64,000 nt of DNA from Podarcis tiliguerta. Taxonomy: Eukaryota. The notes beneath the pieces were generated by a model. It saw only the letters and a program-made list of their open reading frames with translations. It was not told the DNA's origin and did not search any database. The position numbers and the translations under genes are program-made. Below, piece after piece: positions 26,902 to 40,175 of the stretch. Position 1 is the stretch's first letter. Each line of letters starts with the position of its first letter. The stretch is from assembly GCA_965153285.1 (NCBI GenBank), contig OZ229112.1, one strand, 5' to 3'.

Positions 26902-27152
26902 CAGTTGTACCTTGAAAGTCGAACGGAATCCGTTCCCCAAGTCTGTTCAACTTCCAAAACGTTCAAAAACCAAATTGTGGTTTCTGTTTGGCTGCAGGAA
27001 GCTCCTGCAGCTAATCAGGAGCCGTGGAACCCCCATCAGACATTTGGGTTCCAAAAGAACGTTCGCAAACTGGAACAATCACTCCAGGGTGTGCGGCGTT
27101 CAGGAGCCAAAGCGTCTGAGTTCCAGGGCGTTCGGGGTCCAAGGTACGACTG
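26902..27152. mobile_element. Tc1/mariner-pogo MITE, TTCCAA family
   Basis: TA TSD; TIR CAGTTGTACCTTG / CAAGGTACGACTG; AATCCGTTCC after the TIR as in sister families. Confidence 0.88.
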
Positions 27153-27830
27153 TACTTGAAATAGCTACTTGGGGAAGTTGCAGGAATTTATATTGAAGAT
27201 CATTTTGAAATTAGCTATTGTCATTTTGCATCAATCAATGTTAGTGTGTGCCCTTTAATTCCTTCCCATATGATTTGCCCCCATTAAAAAAATGGCTAGA
27301 TAAAAAGTTTAAACTAATGCAATGTCTAGAATTGCAAGTAATACTTCACCATAGATTAGCATTATATAGACAGATGAGAAAGCTGCAACAAACCTTGGGC
27401 TTGTACAGTAACTAGCCTGCTGCTGCAGTCATGTGGCGTTCAGAAGTGTTTGCTTTAATTTTAGACTAACTGCAGCTTAGTGTTACATCCAAACCCAGAC
27501 AAATGGCAGTTACTCTTACATATCATTAGTACAAACCACAGTTTACAAATCTGACTTGCTTTTACTAGCCATAGTTAAAATGAGTTTAGAGTTTGAACAT
27601 AATGCTACACTGTGCTTAACAGGAAACAGAAAAGGAAGCTTGATCTCATCACAACCCCATTGCAAAAGAGGGGACAACAAATGAGCCCAAGTTTACCCAC
27701 AGTTGTAGACCTTGTAACAATAAACCATGGCTTAGCATTAGGTGTAAAAGCATTATATAAAGGTTAAGAAAAGATACCATGGTCTTGCTAACATACTCCT
27801 GACCTCAAATTATGCCATTTAAAATCATTA

Positions 27831-28236
27831 GGTAAAGGTAAAGGGACCCCTGACCATTAGGTCCAGTCATGGTAGACTCTGGGGTTGCGACGCTCATCTC
27901 GCTTTATTGGCCAAGGGAGCCGGCATACAGCTTTCAGATGATGTAGTCAGCATGACTAAGCCGTTTCTGGTGAACCAGAGCAGCACACGGAAATGTCGTT
28001 TACCTTCTCGCCGGAGCGGTACCTATTTCTCTACTTGCACTTTGACATGCTTTTGAACTGCTAGGTTGCCAGGAGCAGGGACCGAGCAACGGGAGCTCAC
28101 CCCTTCGCGGGGATTTGTTCAACTTCTGTTGAACTTCCGCTAACCTTCCGCTAACCGCTAACCGCTAACGTCCACTAACCTTCTGATCAGCAAGTCCTAG
28201 GCTCTGTGGTTTAACCCACAGCGCCACCCGTGTCCC
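27831..28236 (-). mobile_element. Sauria SINE, subfamily A, with an expansion of about 54 bp in the B-box region
   Basis: Full head and tail; TSD TTTAAAATCATTA / TTTGAAATCATTA. Confidence 0.95.
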
Positions 28237-29322
28237 TTTGAAATCATTACACGCATATTAATATGAGGTGGTTTCTGTGATGAAGTTCCAAAAATACAGT
28301 GTGTCCACTATTACAGAATACACTATGCTGATATGCTCTATCTAAAATTAGGAGATACATGGTGAAGGAGAAAGTTTATTCCTCCTTTAGAACATTTATA
28401 ATAACATTTTCCACACAAAGAGATTCTCGGAGTATAGGACAACACAAAACAGCACTAAATCCAATGTCAGCAAATAGGTTCCATCTGAGCTGTGCTCCCC
28501 ATCGGCCTTCTAGGTGGATCCTAGCCCTGCAACAGCTAATTTTCCCCTTAAAGCTACAGATACTGGACAAGGTATGCCTTTGCATGACCCTCTTCTATGC
28601 TTGTCACCAAAATGGACCAAAACTCACAGTCCACACAGCTTCTCTTTCCCTCACTTACATATAGCGGTGGCAGCTGCTTCTCATTTTTCTTTTCCTTTTT
28701 GCAGGCTTCTTCTCGCCCCTGCCTTGATTTTCTGTGTATTTCTGGAAGAGGTGAATGAGAGGTGAGCTGTTCTTCCTCCAGAAATACACTACATTTGTGA
28801 GCCATAGTCACTGCACTCACATCATTGGCAAAATAGCCCCTTGCCTATTTGCACTGAGGCTAAGAAACAGCTTGTGACAATCCAGCTTTGTGTGTGTGTG
28901 TCTACACATGCATGCATGGGAATTCCGTTATGAACAAAATATCTGAAAACAGAAAAGTTTGCTCTTTTTGTCACTGCCACCAAAACCATTTGCATCTTGG
29001 CGGAGGGGGCAGACAAATTTGCTGGGGGTGAGGGGCTGGATCAGGCCTCAGAATTGGAGATTAGTCACCTCTTTTCGATATTATACAGATTGTTCCAACA
29101 TGCTACCATATTACAAATCCACTGAAGATGCTATTAGTAGAAAACATGTCAGAAACATGATAGTAAAAGAAAACGTGAACCCCGAGACAGCAAGACATTT
29201 CATCCGACTACTGGAGCAGCACCAATTTCAAATTAGGTTATTTTATAAGCTGTACTTTGCTGCTGTGTGTTCACTGGTTGTAGAATATTTGAAGTATCAA
29301 AAAAGTCAAGGTGTCATTTAAC

Positions 29323-29512
29323 CAGGGCTGGCCTATGACATTTTGACACTTGAGGCAAGCCGCAGGATGGCATCCCCCGCCCTGCCAGTGAAAAAGGGGT
29401 GAGTAAATCAGGAAGAAGGAGTGAGGAATAAAGATCTACATTGCCCCTGCCCCTGTGGATCCTGCCACCCGAGGCAGACACCTCACCTTGCCTCATGGGT
29501 GGGCCGGCCCTA
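29323..29512. mobile_element. hAT-like MITE (CAGGGCCGGCC TIR)
   Basis: TIR CAGGGCTGGCC / GGCCGGCCCTA; flanks CATTTAAC / CATTTTTAAC. Confidence 0.7.
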
Positions 29513-31786
29513 CATTTTTAACTATTCATTCACCGATAGTGCTTTTAAATGGACTTTCACAATGCCGACCTGAGTGCTTCCTGTCCAAACCTGGAAAATA
29601 TGGCAGGTATGAACAATCAGCGTTTGGAAGGTCTGGATGTTTGGTACACTACCGAAGATTTATAATACTTATCAAAAGTTATTATTCCCTTGCTGCCATC
29701 CACAGCTCTGAAAAAGCTCTCTCTTCTCAGATTTTTGCATTCCATTGTAAAGTTGAAAATCCTGAATTATGTTACTCCACTAAGAGGATTCGAAGGAACC
29801 ACAATCTCACAGGCTCTTTCAATAGTAACCAAGGTATATCACCATAACTCAGCTACTGAATATTATTTGTATGTTGTGTATAAGCAGCTAAGTCTTAATC
29901 CTCTCCCCCATTGAAAACCAGTGGCAAGGTTTCTATTGAATTCAAAGGGAGACAGATTGGCTCTTAAGCCATACTAATAATATAGTGTAGAAAAGAGAAC
30001 TGCTCTCTGTTAAATGACATGGCACAGCTTGAGACATATGCTTAGAAAACTAACAATAACCGATGGACCAGATGAGGTTGCCACATTTTCCGGAGGCTAT
30101 GTTATCCTCTTAGCCCTTGACAAAAGGATGTCAGGAACAATATGCTGTACCTTCCTTTTCTGGATCACCCCAGCTCAGTATCCCCCTCCTGGGTGAGCCA
30201 AAGGATTTGCTCCCGCTGCCTTTAATATGTATATTTAAAGGATCTGTGGAGGAGCTCCAGGGTGAGATGCTGGCTGGCGGCTCTACGGACCACCCAAGCA
30301 GGGTCAAGCGAGATTATGTCTGCAGCTGCCCAGACGCTGCTGTGTTTGCTTCCAGCACAAGAATCTAGCATGGCAAACAATTCAATACTGTCACAGGGGG
30401 TTACTGTTTATTTGCATCTGTTTGATTTTATACATGGACAGAAAAAGAAATAAAGCACTCTACATGCTAAATAATTAGCCTTCCAGCATAACTGGAACAG
30501 TTCAGACTGATACTGAAAGACTGCTCCTTATCTCGCCGTGGAATAAAATAAGACTGCAGCTGAAAGATATTCAACTCAAGTAATAAAGATTAGCTGAATA
30601 TATAAAACCGTCTGATCATTCTGTGAAACCTAGGGGGAGGATTTGTGAAATCTGTTATCTGAAATGATGTTTCTTCTCCTTTTATTCACAGAGTATTCGG
30701 AAAGGTCATTACAACACTGTGCAGCTGCATGCCAACAGCTTCAGATGTCATTGCACCAGAGTGAGAAGTTTTATGTAATGCTACATAGAATGTTCATGAT
30801 TCTCCAGCCCCCCCCCCCCGACTTCCTGAATATCCATTTCAGAACTTAAGAGTAGAACAAACATTCTAGAACCATTATTTCAATGAAAGAAGCTATCATG
30901 GAAGCATAACAATGGGACTAACCACTATAAAAATCCAGTATAGATTGATGGAATAATTGTGCATGATTGCTGTGTGGAGTGTTAATCAATTTTGCTTTTT
31001 AACAGAAAGCAATAAATAATAAAAAAAAGCAATCCAGAGAATCCTTTTAGACTCAAGCAGCCAGCAAAGCTGTTTTAACTCTAAGAGTACCTCCCTGTTT
31101 TCTGTGCTCATAAACCTGCAGGGGCTTATGTCACAATAAACTAGAGAATCTCTGAGATTCACAGCACTTTAGAGTCTAAGGTCATAAAGGGGCAGGGATA
31201 ATGTTAAAATGATTTTCTATAAAAAAATCATAGCCACAGAATGCTGTGCGTCTCTGAGGCTATTAGGCTTATTGTGAGATGGGATTTCAGAGGCATTTGC
31301 CTTTCTAAAATACTTTATCTAAACAGATATTCTTTGAATTGCAGTAAATACCATCTCATGAATGCAAACAAATGTTGTAAGCTACACAAAACAGTCATAT
31401 GTGCACAGAAATATTCTCCCTTGGATAGTTTCACCAGTGGTCAGAGATTATGGAAATTGTACTCCAAAACCTCTAGAGGGCAAGAGATAGCAAAAGGTCT
31501 CCAATATTATCAGATACCTAAATAACCTATGTTAAGTAGTTGTGTGTGCATATACACAAATTTAAAACCAAGTTAGAAAACTGAAAATCATGTTAGCAAG
31601 GCAAGATGATAACAAAATAACACACCTTGATTACCAAAGCAATAAACACGTGAATAGGCAAATGAGAAAAGCACTCAAGTCCTGAGAACATTCTCAAATG
31701 TGTGTCTTTCATTTCTAGGCTAACTGCCATATAAAATATGCCTGTTTCAGTACTACTACTTGAATGTAAGAGATGAAGTATAATGA

Positions 31787-32167
31787 TAAAGGTAAAGGAC
31801 TTCTGGATGGTTAAGTCCAGTCAAAGGCGACTATGGGGTTGCGGCGCTCGACTCACTTTTCAGGTCAAGAGAGTTGGCATTTTGTCCACAGACAGCTTTC
31901 CGGGTCATGTGGCCAGCATGACTAAACCGCTTCTGGCACAACGGAACACAGTGATGGAAGCCAGAGCGCACGGAAACGCAGTTTACCTTCCCACCACAGC
32001 GGTACCTATTTATCTACTTGCACTGGTGTGCTTCCGACGTGCTAGGATGGCAGAAGCTGGGACAGAGCAATGGGAGCTCACCCCATTGTGCAGATTTGAA
32101 CAGCCAACTTTCTGATCAGCAAGCCGCAGAGGCTCAGTGCTTTAGACCACAGCGCCACCCACGTCTC
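31787..32167 (-). mobile_element. Sauria SINE, subfamily B (older; TTTGTCCACAGACAGCTTT and CAACGGAACAC inserts)
   Basis: Collinear with the other copies and shares diagnostic inserts with 51422 and 54011. Confidence 0.92.
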
Positions 32168-33487
32168 ACTCAAAGTGTAACGTTGACCACTTGTGTAACA
32201 TGTATTTTCTGGGTATGTAATAAAAGGAAGATTGAATAGGCCAACTTCCAAAGTGTCTATTATAATCTAGACAACTTTCTGCCATATAAACATAGAATTC
32301 CACATAACGGTTGGCACACAAGCAAACAAGCAAATGAAATAAATAATATTCCACATAGTGCTAATTTCTTCCTTCCGTGTTCCCTCTACTGAGGAATTTT
32401 AAAATGCAGTTTGAATTTGGGAAGGCAATGGAGTGTATCTACCTGCTGGATCAGCTGCCAGCTGAAAAAAGGCTGATAGAAGCATGTTCTGGATGTTGTT
32501 AATTACACAAAAATGGTTCATTAATCTTTAGTGTCAATGCTGCTTCTGCAGGGATCTGCAGCATAACCCTTGTTAGGTGTATTGTTGTGCATTTTGTATA
32601 TTCATTTTGTGATGAATTCTGACACACCCACTCACAAGTGTATCTCCCTGCAAATGAGCACTTCAAGCACTTGATACATCTACTCATATGTACTACTCAT
32701 TAGTAAGCACCCCAGAACATATCTATCCTTAGGCACATGTGGGCAGAGTGACAAGCTGCCTCGCACATCCCCCCTGGAAAACATCTACTCGCATTTATGA
32801 AGATTTTCATAAGTACAATCTAACTCCAAAAGTAGATGCTGCCCAGAAAGATCACACAACCATCATGGACATGCTTGGGCACCCTTGCCCTCAATGCACT
32901 ATGCAAAGCTACCAAATTTATATTAGAAACTTGAAGTCATTCATTTATCAAAGAATGTGCATTAGTAACGACAGCATGAAACAGTCCACGGTTCCATGCT
33001 AGCTAACCTTTTTGACAGCTCTCTCTGACTGACCTTGGCCAGAGTGGTGAAACAGAATGGCTTTGTTTTGTGGATTAATATTCCATTTGCAATATAGCTA
33101 TTCCCGTCACGTTAAGTGTCACAGGTTAACAGAAAAGGTTAGACAGTACTTATTATGAAATCGCCAATATGAGTGATTTTCAAGAAGCTTGAGGTGCCGT
33201 ATAAAAGCAAAACATTTTGAAAGCAAATTATCATCCATACAAAATGCAAGTGATTTATCCTCTGGTGTTAAATTATACATAGTACACAACCAAAGCTTGA
33301 CAGGCAAATGGCATACACTGGAAGGGACAATCTGCTTTTAGCACTGCCAATCACTCCTGTGTCTCTTTAAAAAGAGATCATCGCTGTCATTCAGCTGCGG
33401 ACTCCCTATCTTGTCTATGGTTGCAACCAGGTTCCACACATCCTTTGCAAATGACTTCTGAAAACCACTTGTTTGTTCATGATGCTG

Positions 33488-33712
33488 CAGTGGTACCTCG
33501 GGTTAAGAACTTAATTCATTCTGGAGGTCCGTTCTTAACCTGAAACTGTTCTTAACCTGAGGTACCACTTTAGCTAATGGGGCCTCCCGCTGCCCGATTT
33601 CTGTTCTCATCCTGAAACAAAGTTCTTAACCCGGGGTACTATTTCTGGGTTAGCGGAGTCTGTAACCTGAAGCATCTGTAACCTGAAGCGTCTGTAACCC
33701 GGGGTACCGCTG
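33488..33712. mobile_element. Tc1/mariner-pogo MITE, TAACCTGA family
   Basis: CAGTGGTACCTCGGGTTA / TAACCCGGGGTACCGCTG TIR; TG/TA flanks. Confidence 0.93.
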
Positions 33713-34379
33713 TAATTCCTTCATTATTAGCACACTTTCACACATTGCATTTAAATTCTACCATCAGAAAGCAGCAGGATTATTTGCAATATCAGCAGCT
33801 CGTCACTCTTTACGATGGTGTTATTTTGCTCATGTGTACGGTCAGCAACAACAGCTGGTAACAGGCACTGTGATTCAAGGGCAACAAAATGGTCCAATTG
33901 CTCAGCAATAGATGAATTTGTTTTGGCGATGTAAGAATGTTATGTAAGTGATCTATAAGCCACCAAGCATAATTGTGATGGTCAATACTTTAAAATCGGG
34001 AGGCTACTTTGGAAAGGGACTCTTTATAGAATATCAAATCTCTGTCTCGTAGGCTGCATTTACATATCATGGTAATCCAACATTCTTGACTTAATAAATC
34101 ATACTGTGTGTGAGCTGCATATTGCCCAGTTCTCCTGCTCTTCTCCTCCCATGGTACAGATGGAAGGGATAGCTTATCAGTATGTCAGAACATGGGAAAA
34201 TGGCTTGTTTTGCCCTAACAAACCATGGCCAATAAGTCAACATTAATGAACGAAGAACAATGCTGGCTAGAAATCATGGTTTGTTAGGCTAGAACAAAGC
34301 AGGATCCTGGATTCAGATGCAATGCTGAGCTGTCCACATCCTGGTTTGTTTATCTATCTGTGCCAGGGGAAGAGTGAAG

Positions 34380-34549
34380 AGGAATTTGCTGCCAAGGAGT
34401 GTGGTGGAGTCTCCTTCTTTGGAGGTCTTTAAGCAGAGGCTTGACAACCATATGTCAGGAGTGCTCTGATGGTGTTTCCTCCTTGGCAGGGGGTTGGACT
34501 CGATGGCCCTAGTGGTCTCTTCCAACTCCATGATTCTATGATTCTATGA
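34380..34549 (+). mobile_element. CR1 LINE 3' end
   Basis: GTGGTGGAGTCTCCTTCTTTGGAGGTCTTTAAGCAGAGG...GGGTTGGACTCGATGGCC...(ATTCTATG)n tail. Confidence 0.93.
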
Positions 34550-34654
34550 ATGATCAGGATGCATGGAATAGAACACAACTTGTGCATATGATTTTTTAAT
34601 ACAGCATACATTTGATAAGATATGAATTTTCCTTTTAAGAGAATTGAATTTGAC

Positions 34655-34752
34655 TTTTTTCTCATTATTTTTATTAATTTTCCAAATTATTACAAATCAA
34701 ACCAAATTAAATTAATTTAATACAATTTCTTAAAATCAGGTTTCCCGCTCCT
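34655..34752 (-). mobile_element. L1-like 3' UTR remnant
   Basis: T-rich start with TTTTTATTAATTTTC as at 16088; A-rich body. Confidence 0.35.
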
Positions 34753-34786
34753 ATACCAAACATAGATGGAAGCCATTTAAAAAATC

Positions 34787-35075
34787 AAGGGCAATAACTA
34801 GAATTGTGACCTAGAGGAAGAAGCTGCAGACTGTGAAGCCAGAGAGGTAGAACCTGGTGTTTGATTTCTACTTGAATTCAAGGCTGTGGCTATAGAAGAA
34901 ACAAGACCCCCTTGGGATGTTGATGCTGTGAACCCCTCCATCATAGGCTCAGGTTGCATATATGTGTAAGGAAACCATACATCATAAAGACACCACAGTT
35001 TCCACTATGCCCCATTTCCAAAAGGAAGCACAAAGCCTGGGTAAGCACTTGCTCACAGATTGGGGTGGTGTGCAA
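34787..35075 (+). mobile_element. Partial LTR-like repeat
   Basis: Resembles a common lacertid LTR-type repeat (…AAACCATA…CATAAAGACACCACAG…GGGTGGTGTGCAA end), recalled rather than searched; no TSD found. Confidence 0.35.
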
Positions 35076-37531
35076 TAATTCTAACAGCTCCCAATACCAT
35101 CTTTTGAACTTTGGGGTTCTTGAATTTATCTGTTTGATTTATTAAAAGATGTAATTTGTTACCATACATCTCCATTGTTATTAAGATTGGGTTTTTTTTA
35201 TAAACAATTCTTTAAAAACAAAATTCTGCACCCAGAAGCTTCTGTTAACAAATGTAATTAGGTAACTTCAATATGAATATCCACTAGAAAACATCCAATT
35301 AAGCTGTACATTTTGATTATCTCAACCAGCATTGTATTGGCAGAGCAGTGACTGAGTCTCATTGAATTCCAAGTGAAGGAAACTACATGGTTGGCATCCA
35401 TCTGTCTCAGGAGAGATATATAATATTCCCTAGGCGGCACATTTTTCCTAAAATATTTTCACAAATGTACCTTGCTACTTCCAGAAATCTTTTTGCCTTA
35501 AACATAATCTATATTGTAACACACGGTTGATCTTGAGGAGGATGGGTACATAATTCATCTTGTTGCAGGGAGGATGAGAAGTGGAGACCTGGAATTAAAT
35601 GGAGGTCAGTTTGTAAACTGAACTACATTTAAAACCAAAGGTCTCTTTTGTAGCAAGCAACTCATTAATTCAATGTTATATCTCCATGCCAGAGAAGCTG
35701 TAATAATTATACTGTGTGAAACTATTATGTCCACACAATAATTACATCAGAAGCAGAAAACACACACACTGCACTTTTCCAAACATTGAAGCCTGGATAT
35801 GTAATTTTGAAGACAAAAATAATAAAATTATATATAATAAATAAAAGAAAAAGAAAAGAAAAATATTGCTTACAAATGCTAACCAACCTGTTTTGAAGTA
35901 TCCTTCATTTGCACTACAACATTGTTATGAAAATTCAGCATCGTGGTTCTCAGGGCTACATTGCGCTGCTTTGCTAAATATCAATATATAGTTTGTGTGA
36001 GAGTTGGTAAAGATACAATCAAGGCTCATGATCAAAGATTGGTTCAATTACTTATTCATTTCGTCTTAATTCTGCTTCTGGGATTACGAGCCTTTCACAT
36101 AAATTTTCTTCCATGTAACAAATTCCAATATAGGCTTTGGGTCCATGACTATATTCCCACAAGTAATACATTAATAAATATGCATCATTTCCATTCACAT
36201 AGTCTTCACCACAGGTATAGTAGAGTTGTTTGTAAACTCATTATGGTGTGAGAAACTGATTAAACTGTTTTGAATAGGGAATGAATTCTATTTCTTTTCT
36301 TTAAATTTATTAGGCAGATTTTCATTGATCTTCTCAGTGAGTGCTAACCAGTGAAGGATGCAAAAACACATTTTTGTACTTATATAAACTTGAACTCAGT
36401 ATGATTTTTCTGCTGTATTACGTCAATGTAACCAAATACAGCTATAACTGCAGACTAAACAAATATGCACCCTCTCCAATATATTCTCATTCTTATAGCT
36501 GCTAAGTTAGGCCGTGCAGTAACTATACATTCTCTCTCAGACAATCATTAACAAGGCAGGGCTGCAACCCACCTTATTTAATTCCCTAAGTACCTGAAAG
36601 CATGAGTGCAAAAAAAAGTCAACTAAAAGGCTTCTTTTTAAAGACAAGCTATTTATGACCTCAATTCATCAAACTATATACTGACTGCATGAAGAAATGT
36701 GAAACGAACATTTAATTACATTTTGAAACCAAATAATTGCTTTGTGAACTCATTTTCCTCCTTATTTAGCTGCAGCGATCTAAGCTCAGAAATGTATGAT
36801 GTTCCCTACAACAGATGGTGACTCTCAAAGCATCTAAAGCAAATTGTTTGCCTGTAGCTTTACATAGATTCAACACCTCTTCCTGGAGAAACGGAAAAAT
36901 CAAGGCATGCAAAACAGTATGGCACCCAAACCTTTCTGTATTTATCATCTCACTCTGATTGTGTGCCTTCTTACAACATGGCGTTTTACTTGCAATAATA
37001 TATTAACAACATTTAAACTTGCTTATCCACTGGTTTCTGCTACACACAACACTGCAATATCACAGGTGGGAATATGATCTGGCACTGAAAACAGGAAGAA
37101 AAATCAGCTTCTGTGCCAGTCCCAGGCTAGTTTTGACATGTCAGAAGCCATCATTCAAGGATCAGAAGTGGGCAACAGGATTACATGCACTCCTTAAGGC
37201 TCGTCCCTTCAGTGCTTAACTGTTCCCCATCCCCTCCAACCGAGGTCAGCCCTGCACATGACCACTATTGATTCCACCTAAAATCTATCTAGGTAAGATA
37301 ATTGGGATTCTTTGATTTTTGGAATTCATGTTGCTGTGTGTTTTAACACCTGCGGCCCTGTCATCAACAATGGCTAATGCTATGTGCATCTGGCTCAATG
37401 TTAGTTTTGAAGCTTACATTAAACTCCTATTTCGGATCATGATTAAGCAGGAGTCTGTATGATTTGTTGGTGAGGTCAGTGCCAATGTCACCCTTTAGTA
37501 CAATTATGGCTGTGTACACATTACCCTTTGT

Positions 37532-37863
37532 GGGACACGGGTGGCACAGTGGGTTAAACCACAGAGCCTAGGGCTTGCCGATCAGAAGGTCGGTGGTTCG
37601 AATCCCCGTGATGGGGTGAGCTCCCGTTTCTCAGTCCCTGCTCCTGCCAACCTAGCAGTTTAAAAGCACGTCAAAGTGCAAGTAGATAAATACCTTCCAG
37701 CAGGAAGGTAAACAGCGTTTCCGTGCGCTGCTCTGGTTCGCCAGAAGCGGCTTAGTCATGCTGGAAGCTGTACGCCGGCTCCCTCAGCCAATAAAGCAAG
37801 ATGAGCACCGCAACCCCAGAGTCGGCCACTACTGGACCTAATGGTCAGAGGTCCCTTTACCTT
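37532..37863 (+). mobile_element. Sauria SINE, subfamily A
   Basis: Full head, B box GGTTCGAATCC, tail; perfect 15-bp TSD TACACATTACCCTTT (37515-37529 and 37864-37878). Confidence 0.96.
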
Positions 37864-39686
37864 TACACATTACCCTTTACTACAGCTCCAGTGTGCCCCC
37901 ACCACTGGTGTTTGAAGCAGATTACACATGACATTAGCCACAATCCATATGGCTACAATACTTTGAGATATACTACTGTTTGATGCTAAGGTGTGCAGGT
38001 TTCAGACAGACATCTTCATGAATCAGAGTTCAGATGGGATTCAGGCACAGGACAGGAACACAAGATCAGATAATGTGCACCAGGTGAAGTCATCGCCACC
38101 TTTTCTTTGGTGTGTACAGAAACATAAAACTGTGTCTTGAAATGCAGTGGGCAGGGAACAACCTTGCGGTGTTTCAAGCCACTAACATGCACATTGCCCA
38201 AGACACTCTCTCTCCAGAAAAGATGTGGTGGGAGGTTAGCTCCCAATACGTTAATCATAGTTAAGAAGGTGTCAACATTATACCTGCACCAGCTCTTTAT
38301 GATACCATCATTGTTTCTTTTGGAGACATCAGTTGCATGCACCAACTCTCAGAAGCAGAAGGCATATTTTAATTATTATTTTATATTTCATTATTTTTAT
38401 GCCAACGTTTTTACTGGGGTGTAGAGAGTCCATGTGTACACACTGCACTCACAAACACCCCTATGTTGTGGGGTGCTACTTCGGGGCACCCTAACATTTG
38501 GGTTTCGATGGTTGTAGGGAAGATGAGAAAAACCCTGAACAAAACAGGGACACCTTATCCCATTCTTTGGATCCCAGCCCACGTCTGCAAGAACCAATTG
38601 TATTATTTTGATAATCGCCAGTTCTTGTCAAAACAGCTGACTGCAACAACCCTTAGGGTACTTGCAGGTAAACTAATTAGAGGTTTAGTAATTTTGCATG
38701 TATGTATTCTACCCGAAATATGCACCTGGCAACATGTGGACTTTTTAGGTCTCTGATATCAACTGCATGCATTTTAAGTATCAAGTGTCCCCTTAGCTGC
38801 ATCCTAATACTAGGAGAAAGAGAGAAAAACCACCAAATAGTCTAGGTTTGTGTCCCTTTTATATTGCCAAACAACACAATTACTAGCAGCAGTATAAAAG
38901 TGCTAGACACTCTCTTGAGGCAGCCATGTTCTGGTCACTATGACTTGAACACAAATCCCAGGTTGTCATTGTAGTGGGAAATAGACTTGCTTTGAATCTT
39001 TTCATTAACTAGCCACTTATAAAGGGAGATTCTAGAGCAGGCTGACCTGCTGAACTGATTAGCAGACTTCCTGAGCTGAGCATAAAAGCATGCCCTTCTG
39101 ATATGAAACAACACTCCTCAGCTAAAAACTCTGGCAACACTTCAATTTGAGTCCCTCTTGATTATTTGCTTTGAAGATCGGTGCATCATGCATGGCACTG
39201 TGGAAACGAATGATACTTGAGATGGGCTACTTGAAAAGAACTACAGTCTGGGAAATATTATAAGGGCCTGGATGAATTTCCGAACTATGAAAGTCTTCCT
39301 CACTTACTGAAAAATCCAAGCTTTCCCACAGGTATTCCTCTCTGGAGGGCAATACTGCATCATTTTTTTATCATTAAGTGAATATTCTGACCAAGGGAGA
39401 AAGATCATATAACAGTAGCATTCACAAAAGCAGGGTGAGTTTTATGGGAGGATATGTTTTATGAAAAATCTCAATTGCCTAATTTGGTATCTGATGATAA
39501 CGCTCTTGCCTTCACTTAATGGTAGCATTTTATAACTGATGGTTTGCACACCTAAACATGATAACTTAAACTATAGAGATTTCATGGGTCTTTCAGACCT
39601 ATGCAAATAATTAACTGAATCACAGAACTAAGAATGCAGAGACCTCTGAACTAATTGTTTGCATCTATAGGCAACAAAATCTAACT

Positions 39687-39822
39687 TAGGTGTGGGGAAC
39701 TTCTGGCCCTCTAGATGCTGCTGAACTACAACTCCCATCATCCGTGGACATTGGAATTCCTTGCTATGACTGATGGGAGTTGTTGTTCAGCAATCTGGAA
39801 GTCCAAAGGTTCTCCACTCCTG
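39687..39822. mobile_element. Palindromic hAT MITE, degenerate (17555 family)
   Basis: GAACTACAACTCCCATCA / TGATGGGAGTTGTTGTTC inverted core. Confidence 0.75.
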
Positions 39823-40099
39823 ATTAGCTTAAGCAGCTTCTGAAATAGTTTTGGATAATAACCTGAACTTCCGGAAAAAATCTGAGCAAATAAAATACTG
39901 TGCAAAGTTTACAACCCAAAGATATTGTGAAAGCAAATAAAATGGCAAATAAGCCACCAGCCATACTATTTATCTACCTTTATTGCACATAATTGAATTT
40001 AAAGGGGTGGTGTTGTTGTTGTGGTGGTGGTGGTGGTTGTTTTCTGGAGGTACTCAATGGTACACAGTACCAGCACCTTTCCCCCCCTTTCAAATCTTG

Positions 40100-40175
40100 G
40101 AGAGTGTTAGGCCACACAGTGTCTGAAGGTGCACTCTTCCACTGCTTCCCAAGACAGATGGGTGCCAACAACAAC
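40100..40175 (+). repeat. Fragment of an interspersed repeat with a (CAA)n end
   Basis: AGACAGATGGGTGCCAACAACAAC is the reverse complement of the 50650 element start; a third fragment lies at about 35390. Confidence 0.5.
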
